The notes under the pieces: generated by a model
What the model was told of the DNA's origin: nothing
What the model saw: the letters and a program-made list of their open reading frames with translations, nothing else
Database searches by the model: none
Assembly (NCBI GenBank): GCA_051439605.1
Contig: JBFRWN010000103.1
Coordinates: 1-38,977 of the forward strand
Length of the DNA: 38,977 bases
Origin: Synechococcus sp.
GTDB taxonomy: Bacteria > Cyanobacteriota > Cyanobacteriia > Thermostichales > PCC-7336
Direction of reading: 5' to 3'
Position numbers and translations under genes: made by a program
Shown: positions 27,229-35,424 of the stretch, piece by piece
How positions within the stretch are numbered: position 1 is the first letter of the stretch
Layout of the letters: the number at the start of each line of letters is the position of its first letter

Positions 27229-27995
27229 TTTTTTGCCTCCTTGTCTACCGGTGGAAATGCCAGCTGCGAGCCAGCTTGCAGGCGACGAAAGTTGATGAGT
27301 TTATTCACCCTGGCAATTTCAATATAAAGGTCAGTTTTTCCATAAATTCGATAGCTCATTAAGGGTAAAGTATCGCCTTCTTTAACCTCACGTAGGTGAG
27401 TCAAATCGGGCGAGCTAAACGCATCTGCCAAACTCCTTTCTGTATCGGACTTAGACTCCTGAAAAGAGCAAGAGGCAATCACTCGTAAGGGTGTGCCATC
27501 TGGATTGAAAAGTGTAAAACGATAGCTCAATGAAGTCAAAACACAAGGAAATCTAAAAAAATCCCCCCAAGTAAGTAACAATTTCCGGGGACGGTGACTC
27601 TCTGGATCTGCTTCGTATACGAGCTTATTAAATTTCTTGATTCTCTCGGTTACGTTAAGCTCTTTTTTTTCTGACAGCGCCGATGCAATTGCTCCAACAA
27701 GAGGAATTTCACTTAGGTTCGATTGTGGGGGAATAACGCCTGTACCGTCAAATAAGAAATCAAATTGCAAAGTAATTGGCGCACTTTTGCGGTAGACAGC
27801 TTCGCTGCCAGTGTCTCCCTGGCCTTGTTGGCAGCTATACTCAATAGCCTGGTTTAGAGTATATGTGCTGGGATTAACCTGGACAGTGTAAATGTCCTCA
27901 GGGTTATCTGAAGTCTGTGATGGCTTATCGGAATTACTTTGTGGCAAGTACGCTTGGATGGTTAATTTTTCAAGTTTGCCACTATCGAATAGCAT
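27225..27995 (-). CDS. CIS tube initiator/hub protein with C-terminal LysM (Afp7-like)
   Basis: KLEKLTI, VQVNPSTY, FDGTG, HRPRKLLLTWG, TLFNPDGTPLR, SPDLTHLREVKEGDTLPLMSYRIYG. Confidence 0.92.
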   Translation of the reverse strand: MLFDSGKLEKLTIQAYLPQSNSDKPSQTSDNPEDIYTVQVNPSTYTLNQAIEYSCQQGQGDTGSEAVYRKSAPITLQFDFLFDGTGVIPPQSNLSEIPLVGAIASALSEKKELNVTERIKKFNKLVYEADPESHRPRKLLLTWGDFFRFPCVLTSLSYRFTLFNPDGTPLRVIASCSFQESKSDTERSLADAFSSPDLTHLREVKEGDTLPLMSYRIYGKTDLYIEIARVNKLINFRRLQAGSQLAFPPVDKEAKK

Positions 27996-27998
27996 GAC

Positions 27999-28172
27999 TT
28001 ATCGCTCCCCCCTATCTTCCAACACACGCAGTACCTCCTGGACACAGGTGCGAATCATATCGTCATGACTACTACTGCTCGCTGTATTTGGAGATTCTTG
28101 GTTGTTCTCTGAACAGTCATCAGAAGAATCGACCTGCGCACGGATTACCATTTCACGAATTTCAATGGGCAT
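27999..28172 (-). CDS. small DUF5908-type protein (Afp6/Alg6-like plug), 57 aa, absent from the ORF track
   Basis: Hand translation: MPIEIREMVIRAQVDSSDDCSENNQESPNTASSSSHDDMIRTCVQEVLRVLEDRGER*. It fills the gap between the tube initiator and LysM genes. Confidence 0.88.
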   Translation of the reverse strand: MPIEIREMVIRAQVDSSDDCSENNQESPNTASSSSHDDMIRTCVQEVLRVLEDRGER

Positions 28173-28180
28173 GATATTAC

Positions 28181-28684
28181 CTAGAAACTAATACTTGCAC
28201 TAGCAGACAAACCCGCAGCGGCATCGAGAGCAATACTGGCAGGATCGTAATATTTGAAGTATTGATAACTGAGGGCAAAAGTTTCGACTACAATTTCATT
28301 ATTCATAGAGTTAAAACCACTGATTTCCAGCCGTTTTGGAACCGCATTGACTACATACCAGTTGTACAAGGGTATGTGATCGTTATTGAGCAATGAAATC
28401 ATCAGATTTGTAGGCTTATATTCAAAGTTTTCCATTGCTTGGCGTGCCCAGTGCAATACTCCCGATCCCAGAAACTTACCTCGCTTTAGTACCAGTTCGC
28501 CAAACTGCAATTTCTTTGGCAACTGATGGGAAAACCGATTTTCCCCTCCCTCCTCCCAAGACTCAAATTCTGTGCTGACTGTCAAGCCACTCACCTCCTG
28601 AAACTGAATGTCGTTCGGAAACTGAACTAAAAGCTCGAATATAACTGAAAAATGAAAGCCTGGTTGTGGATAGTCAAATGCCAT
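28181..28684 (-). CDS. T4 gp19-like tube/tube-initiator protein (Afp5-like)
   Basis: YPQPGFHFSV, FQEVSGL, EGGENRFSHQLP, LVLKRG. Confidence 0.93.
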   Translation of the reverse strand: MAFDYPQPGFHFSVIFELLVQFPNDIQFQEVSGLTVSTEFESWEEGGENRFSHQLPKKLQFGELVLKRGKFLGSGVLHWARQAMENFEYKPTNLMISLLNNDHIPLYNWYVVNAVPKRLEISGFNSMNNEIVVETFALSYQYFKYYDPASIALDAAAGLSASASISF

Positions 28685-28689
28685 CGGTT

Positions 28690-29121
28690 TTACCCATTCT
28701 CCATGGTTAAACCCTCGTGGGCTAGGACGAGTGTTTCAACTGCCACATCCGTTGCAGTTGAATTTAAGTCAGTGGAAGTTACTTTAGTGGGCCAGGCATT
28801 TTTTACTTTCCAGACCACGACAGGCTCGTGACTTTCGTTCAATAGACTAATAGTAATGTCGCGACGTTCAATGGTGTTGAGGGCAACCGTATTCCACCAG
28901 TCGTAGAACTCGTTGTCTCCATCGAAAATACCTCGTTTTAAGGTGAGATCGCCGTAGGTTTGCATCCCTGGAAAGTTGGTTTTGTTGTACTCTAGGCTGG
29001 CACCGCCTCGATATTCCAACTTCTCGGTTGTGACTTCTAAACCTGTCACTTCGGTAAAGCTAATGTTAGTACCACCCCATTCAACTTGAAAATGAAATTT
29101 TGGTAGTGGATAATCAGCCAT
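28690..29121 (-). CDS. major inner tube protein, gp19 family (Afp1-like)
   Basis: YPLPKFHFQVEWGG, FTEVTGL, EYRGG, LTLKRG, RRDITISLLNESHEPV, LAHEGL; GAGG RBS. Confidence 0.96.
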   Translation of the reverse strand: MADYPLPKFHFQVEWGGTNISFTEVTGLEVTTEKLEYRGGASLEYNKTNFPGMQTYGDLTLKRGIFDGDNEFYDWWNTVALNTIERRDITISLLNESHEPVVVWKVKNAWPTKVTSTDLNSTATDVAVETLVLAHEGLTMENG

Positions 29122-29164
29122 AATTCAACCTCTTTTTAGTGTATAAATTAAGATGGAGTTAAGC

Positions 29165-31270
29165 TTAAGAAACCTGCATTTTGTGGGCGAATTTCAAAAT
29201 AATAAATTCAGCCGGTCGTACTACCGCCATGCCAATCTCAACAATCATGCGACCCTCGAGAACGTCTTGGGCAGTCATGGTTTCCCCCAAGCCAACTTTG
29301 ACAAAAAAGGCTTGCTCAGTTTTTGCTCCAGCTAAGGCACCAGCCCGCCACTGCAAGGTCAGAAAGTTTTCAATCATGGCTCGAACTCGAACCCAAGTAT
29401 TTGCATCGTTGGGTTCGAAAACAAATGGCTCAGTAGCCTTTTTGATAGACTCCTCTGCCATGTTGAAAAAACGCCTGACCGGTATGTAACGCCATTCGTT
29501 GTTGTTACCAGCCAGGGTACGAGCCCCCCACACTAAGGTGCCTTTGCCGGTAAATGAACGAATGGCATTGATGCTTTTGCCGGTGGTATGCACGTTCAAA
29601 TCGGCCTGATCGGCATCGTTAATTTTGACCGCTGGACCGACTACGTTGGCAATTGAGACATTTGCAGGGGCTTTCCAAACTCCTCGGGTGTGATCGACAG
29701 TGGCATAGATCCCGGCTACTGCCCCACTGCTGGGCAATATGCTCATGGTTTTCTGAACTTGTTCGAGCACAGCCTTCATGATTGGATGGTTTGAAAATAA
29801 CTCTTTCTCGGCTTCGCCTGCCAGGAATTCCACCACATCGAATAGGGTTAGGATTGCTGCAGATAAGGTGTCAAATAAATCCTGCAGGAGGACAGTGGCG
29901 TTTAGTGCATTTTCGAGAACAGTTGTTCCTAAGGAATCAGGAGGATTAGCTGTAATGTCTGCCGTTGTATCATTTGTACCTATCCAGTCGGTGCCGTCAA
30001 GAATTGGAGTATTGTCAGGAGTAGTACCGTAGGTTGTGTCGACATCGTCAGCAGTACGAGTAGTTGACACGGCAGTCAGAACCCCAGGGTTTTTCTCTAA
30101 TGCAATCAGACCAATAATTGCGTCGATCAACGTAGAATCAGACTGCACGTTTAAAAGTGCTTGTCGTAATTCAGTTGGCAACGTTGTATCGGGTTGGGTA
30201 GTAGCAACATCAGTAGCTTGAAAAGCTAACGCAATTCCTCTAGGTATAAGTAAGAGATTTAGGAATCGCTGACGCACAGTAGCGACTGGTGTAGACGGAG
30301 TTTCTCTTAGTTCCTGTAATAAGTTTGCAAAGTGATTCGGTAGGTCCGAAAAATTATCTCGAGCTAAGGTTAACGCTGTTGTGTTGGCTACAGTACTTAC
30401 GGCAGATACAAGCACTCCTACAGCATCGTCAGCTTCAAGAGTTGTTGTTACGAGGTCGTTCAATCTTATATCCTCTTCTGATGGATTCGGACCACCTAGC
30501 AAGGAGGCTAAATCGGTGATAGGGGTGTTATCAGAAGGATCGATAAAGCGGAGATGGCGAAAATGGACATCAGGGCGATAGATTGTTTGGAGCCAAGGGT
30601 AATATGCAGCACCATATTTCAGATTGTTGGTTCCAATAGAACCTCGAAAGTCACCCACTGGATCGTCGCCAATTGGAGGATCTATAGCTCCTTGAGACAA
30701 ATCCATGATGACAAAACGATCTTGCAGTTTCTCGCATTGATTAAGAGCCTCAATTTGTAAGTCACCGAGATCATTGGAAATCGAAACACCATCAGGAAAA
30801 ACTAATAAGGTAGGCTCATCAAAGCTTTCTAAACGAGTCAATCCATTTCGTAAACCTGTTGATAGATCGTCAACTACTCCTAATATCGGAGTGGAGCTAT
30901 AACTTCCGACTGAAACAATATAGCAAGGACCACCTCCATTAGCGTAAAAATGTCGTAAACAACCGTATAAGTAATAGCGATGTTCGTCACCATTACTGTT
31001 TCGGGGGAAAATAGTTCCTATCGCGTTATCTGTGCCAGGGTTACTAATTTGTACTTGGTAAGTGGCAGGAAGATAATCACCTCCGAAGAAAGTAATATAT
31101 TCCAGCAACGATTCAATCCGAGTTGGCTCCATTAATAAGCTATTTCCGTCGGTATCTTCCGCCTTGTCTGTATAGCCAACAAAAGCTGGAATAGCAGTTT
31201 CTACGGGCACAACCGATGGAGGAAATGTGCTGATGTCTTTAATGTAGACCCCAGGAGTTTTGTAGACCAT
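29165..31270 (-). CDS. contractile tail sheath protein 2 (long, with a helical insertion)
   Basis: YKTPGVYI...ETAIPAFVGYT N-terminus; GVWKAPAN...WGARTL...VFEPND...AVVRPAEFI C-terminus. Confidence 0.95.
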   Translation of the reverse strand: MVYKTPGVYIKDISTFPPSVVPVETAIPAFVGYTDKAEDTDGNSLLMEPTRIESLLEYITFFGGDYLPATYQVQISNPGTDNAIGTIFPRNSNGDEHRYYLYGCLRHFYANGGGPCYIVSVGSYSSTPILGVVDDLSTGLRNGLTRLESFDEPTLLVFPDGVSISNDLGDLQIEALNQCEKLQDRFVIMDLSQGAIDPPIGDDPVGDFRGSIGTNNLKYGAAYYPWLQTIYRPDVHFRHLRFIDPSDNTPITDLASLLGGPNPSEEDIRLNDLVTTTLEADDAVGVLVSAVSTVANTTALTLARDNFSDLPNHFANLLQELRETPSTPVATVRQRFLNLLLIPRGIALAFQATDVATTQPDTTLPTELRQALLNVQSDSTLIDAIIGLIALEKNPGVLTAVSTTRTADDVDTTYGTTPDNTPILDGTDWIGTNDTTADITANPPDSLGTTVLENALNATVLLQDLFDTLSAAILTLFDVVEFLAGEAEKELFSNHPIMKAVLEQVQKTMSILPSSGAVAGIYATVDHTRGVWKAPANVSIANVVGPAVKINDADQADLNVHTTGKSINAIRSFTGKGTLVWGARTLAGNNNEWRYIPVRRFFNMAEESIKKATEPFVFEPNDANTWVRVRAMIENFLTLQWRAGALAGAKTEQAFFVKVGLGETMTAQDVLEGRMIVEIGMAVVRPAEFIILKFAHKMQVS

Positions 31271-31335
31271 GATTGTCAGTATCCCGTAATAGTTAGACTC
31301 ATAAATCGATTAATTGAAGCTATCGTGGAGCGGAA

Positions 31336-32802
31336 TTAAGCTTCTTGCATTTTGTGAGAGAACTTCAAAATAATGAATTCGGCTGGGCGCACTACAGCCA
31401 TACCAATTTCTACATTCATGCGGCCTTCAAGAATGTCTTGGGCAGTCATGGTAACTCCTAAACCCACCCGTACGTAAAAGGCATCTTCGGGTTTGGCACC
31501 CGCCAACGCTCCAGCCCGCCACTGCAAAACTAAAAAGTTTTCAATCATTGCCTTAACCTTCACCCAGGTGTTGGCATCATTGGGTTCAAAAACAAAGGGC
31601 TCGGTAGCTTTTTTGACTGACTCTTCCACCATGTTGAAAAATCGCCGCACAGGCACGTAACGCCATTCGTTATCGTTGCCAGCTAAGGTGCGTGCTCCCC
31701 ATACCATGAATCCTTTCCCCGTAAAGAATCGCAAGGCGTTAACCGACTTTCCAGTAGGATGCACGTTCATATGGTCGTTTAGCCCGTTATCGATGTTCAC
31801 CGTTAGAGAACGAACCGAGCTCAAGCTGACATTTGCAGGTGCTTTCCAAACTCCCCGTGTTCTGTCGACAGTGGCATAGACCCCAGCTATGGCTGCGGCT
31901 GGGGGGAGGGTGACCGTGTAGCGATCTAGTTCTTTACGTACGTTTCCATAAATAGTGGGGTTAACTGTTTCGGGATTGTCCTCATTGGACTTTAGCTCTG
32001 ATAACGTTGCTCCATTATGCGGGCTCGGTCCATCATCACCAGGCCGTGGGAGTTGCGATATGGTGATACTATCTTCATCCCAGCGCCACGGTAATGTTGT
32101 GGAGATGTAGGGATGGTAAACGGCACCATACCTTAGGTTGCTGGTTCCTATGCCGTTGCGAAAGGCATCAATACCGTCTCTTCCTGGTTCGTCACCATCC
32201 CAAAGATCGCAAATTAAAAAACGATCTCCTAAACTCGCACATTGGTTTAGTGCCTGCACTAATACGCTGTGATAGCTAGCACGAGTACTTGCAACTTCAT
32301 CATCATCATCTGGGTCTGCAGCCATCCCTCTCAGATCGGAGAAAACAATTAAGGTAGGCTCGTCTTCCTTTGCTAATGCGTCCAGTCCTCCAGTGTGAGC
32401 CTCGACAATATTGGAGGTGACTCCACTAGCTAAGTAATCGCCGATGCTGATGACGTAGCATTTCCCCCCACCGTTGTCGTAGAAGTGGCGCAGGGCATAG
32501 GCCATTCGAAAGCGAGCTAGCGCCTCTTCATGGGGATCGGTAATGCCTCCGATGACGTTACTCTCCGCATCGACTGATACTTCAAAACCGCCACCAATCG
32601 GAGGTGCTTCGCCAAAAGTCTGCTCGTACTCCAGAAAGGACTCAATCTCGACAGCCCGGTTAATTAAGTCCTCCCCTTGATAGCGAGTGCTTTCGGTGTA
32701 ACCAATAAACGCCGGAATGGCCGTTTCAACCGGCACAACTGAAGGCGGAAACTTCGCAATCTCGCGGATATAGACTCCGGGGGTTTTGAAACTAGAAACC
32801 AT
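31336..32802 (-). CDS. contractile tail sheath protein 1
   Basis: Same sheath motifs as sheath 2; ATG at 32802 (MVSSFKTPGVY) preferred over the TTG at 32814. Confidence 0.95.
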   Translation of the reverse strand: MVSSFKTPGVYIREIAKFPPSVVPVETAIPAFIGYTESTRYQGEDLINRAVEIESFLEYEQTFGEAPPIGGGFEVSVDAESNVIGGITDPHEEALARFRMAYALRHFYDNGGGKCYVISIGDYLASGVTSNIVEAHTGGLDALAKEDEPTLIVFSDLRGMAADPDDDDEVASTRASYHSVLVQALNQCASLGDRFLICDLWDGDEPGRDGIDAFRNGIGTSNLRYGAVYHPYISTTLPWRWDEDSITISQLPRPGDDGPSPHNGATLSELKSNEDNPETVNPTIYGNVRKELDRYTVTLPPAAAIAGVYATVDRTRGVWKAPANVSLSSVRSLTVNIDNGLNDHMNVHPTGKSVNALRFFTGKGFMVWGARTLAGNDNEWRYVPVRRFFNMVEESVKKATEPFVFEPNDANTWVKVKAMIENFLVLQWRAGALAGAKPEDAFYVRVGLGVTMTAQDILEGRMNVEIGMAVVRPAEFIILKFSHKMQEA

Positions 32803-32810
32803 GACATCTC

Positions 32811-34193
32811 TCAAAGTGGGAGGTTAGACAGATGAATTTCGGAATACCACTGGGCATTTTGACGCCGAATTCGGTTAATACCCGGCTCAGGCAATAGCAC
32901 TTCTTCAGCCATTTGTGGAGGCTCCGTATTCTCGGCTTGTAGAAGAATACCGGTTGCAAAAAGGGTCAGCGGGCGGGGTAGAGCAGTGACAAGAATACGG
33001 CTGTTATCAGGGTCTTCAGGAGTAACATCAGCCCCGTTACCAACAGCTTGATCTGCCGGAAAATGGTATCGCCAACGGGTCGCTCGATTGAGAAATCGCA
33101 ATGTATAGCGGGGCGTACGCAGATTGCCACTGTCGTCTAAAAGGGCTAGTTCACCACTGCCCAATCCAATTTCGATGACTCCGAACCAGCCTTCTCGAAC
33201 GGCGGTGGAGTCCAGATAGAACTCAAATCCTAATTGAGGGATGATTGCCAAAGATTCATCGAGTACCTCTAAACGGTACAAACCTGGGACAATACCCGAT
33301 AGAACCACTTGAGCTGTTTCAAGATTGCCATTCTCAGCTTCATAATGCTGTTCCCAGAGTGCAACAGTCTCACCATGTCGAAAGATGCGCAATGTAGCCC
33401 GAGGAAGTGGCAAACTGCTCAGATCGATGTTGAAAAGATTCGGATGGATGGTGACTCGATCGGCTGATGTCACATACTGGTTGGCCAGGGTGTCAAACTG
33501 TTCCCACTGGGTATCGTCATCGAGGTCACTACCAGGTCCGAGATCGATCAAAGCTCGATAAATTCTGTTTTCAGCAAGAGCGATCGAGTTCTCTAAATAG
33601 CCTTCGCTAGCATCAAACGTGTCATTAGGAATGCGTTCCCAATCGGCAGCGACTGGAGCTACTGCAGATCCCGTATCGCGTAAGGCTCGAAAAAGGTTGA
33701 CGGTGTCCCCTGATGGTTCGCTGTAAACCTCGTCGGCTTGATAGGCTTGGCTAGGGTCGAAAATTGGGACTGGCACAGACAAAAACTGACCGCCAGTGGC
33801 TTCGTTACCCGATTGATTGCTAAAAAAGAAAAACCCTTGTGAATCGGAACTCAGAGCTGTGTAGTTGTAAAAGTAAGGATCGCTAACCTGTAACGCAAAG
33901 GCCAACTTGAAATTTAATGATAGAGGTATGGTCGGTCGTGATTCCGATGACTCTGGGTCAAGCTTGACAGCCACTAAAAATCCTGTTGCTGTAGTCTTGA
34001 ACAGCATTTGGTGGCCTGCAAGAACGCGAACTGTTGGGAGCGTTGGTGTGATGCTGAGAAATCTGGTACTTGAGTATTGCTCCATCACCCGAGCTTGATG
34101 TTCGAGGTTGAGTGCCTCATGCACAATTTCCCCACGATTTAAGCTGTAATCGTGCAGCACCTCAACTTCAAGTAAGACATCATATCGAGTCAT
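32811..34193 (-). CDS. conserved CIS protein, putative cap adaptor (Alg16B/Cis16B position) with two CBM5/12-like repeats
   Basis: Lies between DUF4255 and sheath; LLEVEVLHDY N-terminus and YTLRFLNRATRWRY...LPEP...YSEIHL C-terminus. Function is inferred from synteny. Confidence 0.7.
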   Translation of the reverse strand: MTRYDVLLEVEVLHDYSLNRGEIVHEALNLEHQARVMEQYSSTRFLSITPTLPTVRVLAGHQMLFKTTATGFLVAVKLDPESSESRPTIPLSLNFKLAFALQVSDPYFYNYTALSSDSQGFFFFSNQSGNEATGGQFLSVPVPIFDPSQAYQADEVYSEPSGDTVNLFRALRDTGSAVAPVAADWERIPNDTFDASEGYLENSIALAENRIYRALIDLGPGSDLDDDTQWEQFDTLANQYVTSADRVTIHPNLFNIDLSSLPLPRATLRIFRHGETVALWEQHYEAENGNLETAQVVLSGIVPGLYRLEVLDESLAIIPQLGFEFYLDSTAVREGWFGVIEIGLGSGELALLDDSGNLRTPRYTLRFLNRATRWRYHFPADQAVGNGADVTPEDPDNSRILVTALPRPLTLFATGILLQAENTEPPQMAEEVLLPEPGINRIRRQNAQWYSEIHLSNLPL

Positions 34194-34789
34194 TGCGTTG
34201 CATCCCGACCCGCAACTTCGATCTCGCTGATGAGACCACCAGCATCGAGTAATCGACGGTCTTGTAAGGTAATCAAGCGACCGCGATAGGCCGCAAAGGG
34301 CAGCTGCTTACCGCCAAGAGCTCCCCACAGGTGGTTAATTTCTTCAAGGCTAAGTGAGAGAAACTCCATTGTGAGAGAAAAATCTACAAAAGGAGAAATA
34401 TCAGACTCAGGTGAATTCCCAAGAGTAAATTTGCTTTTCCCCTGAAAAAAAATCATCACTTGGCTTAAACGTCTCAAAGCCGTTTCATAGTTTTGATAGT
34501 TGGCCGTCCATAGTAAGAACAAATTTACATGTAAGGGTACATTATGATAATTCACGTTATTGTTTGGTCTAAGAGAAAATGTTCGACCATTCTTGAGAGT
34601 ACTTTCTTCCTCTAGGTTCACTAAGCTCAAGACCAGATGATTCTGCAAATCTGCGCCAATACTATTTACATCAACCTGGGAAATATTACCCATGATTGCT
34701 ACATCGGCAGTGCCCTGTGGGCTTTCATCTTCCTGATGTATATACTGATTCAGCTGAGTCAATAAAAGAGATAATGCATCGGCAATCAT
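34190..34789 (-). CDS. DUF4255 tail terminator/cap protein (Afp16/Pvc16-like)
   Basis: LVLSLVNLEEE...LHVNLFLL...YETALRRLSQV..FFQ...LSLEEINHLWGALGGKQLP; AAAGGGGA RBS; ATGA overlap with the next gene. Confidence 0.93.
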   Translation of the reverse strand: MIADALSLLLTQLNQYIHQEDESPQGTADVAIMGNISQVDVNSIGADLQNHLVLSLVNLEEESTLKNGRTFSLRPNNNVNYHNVPLHVNLFLLWTANYQNYETALRRLSQVMIFFQGKSKFTLGNSPESDISPFVDFSLTMEFLSLSLEEINHLWGALGGKQLPFAAYRGRLITLQDRRLLDAGGLISEIEVAGRDATQ

Positions 34790-35200
34790 GTCCCCTTTCC
34801 ATATGTTAGGTAGGCGGCTCTAAGTAGCCTGGTCCAATTAAACGTAAGATAGAAGCCTCAGAAGTTCTTTGAAGACTGAGGATCTTGCAACATTAATTTG
34901 ACGACCTACTTAGATAAAGATCAAATTGACGAGCAGAAACCTTAGAGGGTTTATTTCACCTTCTCTAATTTTTCTATCGTCAGCAAGGCCTATATCCTTG
35001 AAACAGGTTACTAATGACCCTGATACTAACAGAGCTAATTACAGTCCTAAGCCAATTGATTAGAAGCAATATTGACTAATGAATTAAATGACACTTCTGT
35101 CAATAATTTACTTTCTCACAAGCTAGATTGACAATCAAGTATGTGTTTAAAAAATGAAATATACGTAGTTGTAAATAGTCAATTATCGTACAGTCACAAT
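34790..35200. promoter_or_regulatory. AT-rich upstream control region of the CIS operon, with palindrome TGACA-N4-TGTCA (35089-35102)
   Basis: Non-coding, AT-rich and directly upstream of the first gene; several TTGAC/GTCAA half-sites. No promoter was firmly located. Confidence 0.4.
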
Positions 35201-35424
35201 TTTCTCCGGTGAACTTCGTAAAGGGGGAATTCGATCGCTTCTATCTCGACACGTTCCAGACTGCCTACAAGCAGGAAGGTAAGAATATCGGCCGGGTTCA
35301 ACAAGGGGTTACAGTCCGAGAGGTATTTCTCGATAAAATCAGCAATCATTCCTTGGGATTTGCGATCTGTGGAGCGTGAGTGGCGATACTTGCCAGTTGG
35401 TGTGTCCCAGTGCGTTCGTTCAGC

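Larger units (their letters stand above)
1688..34789 (-). other. complete extracellular-type contractile injection system (eCIS) locus with cargo block
   Basis: All canonical structural genes plus the ATPase are co-oriented with short gaps or overlaps; no capsid, terminase, portal or TssJLM genes. Confidence 0.95.

Noticed and set aside
14969..34789. Prophage or canonical T6SS
   Set aside because: No capsid, portal, terminase or integrase; no TssJ/L/M, TssK, split TssB/C or ClpV. DUF4255, tape measure and Afp15 indicate eCIS.
35209..35379. 56-aa + strand ORF (VNFVKGEFDRFYLDTFQTAYKQ...) just before the IS
   Set aside because: Short, GTG start without a clear RBS and no recognised family; may be a gene fragment but cannot be supported without BLASTX.
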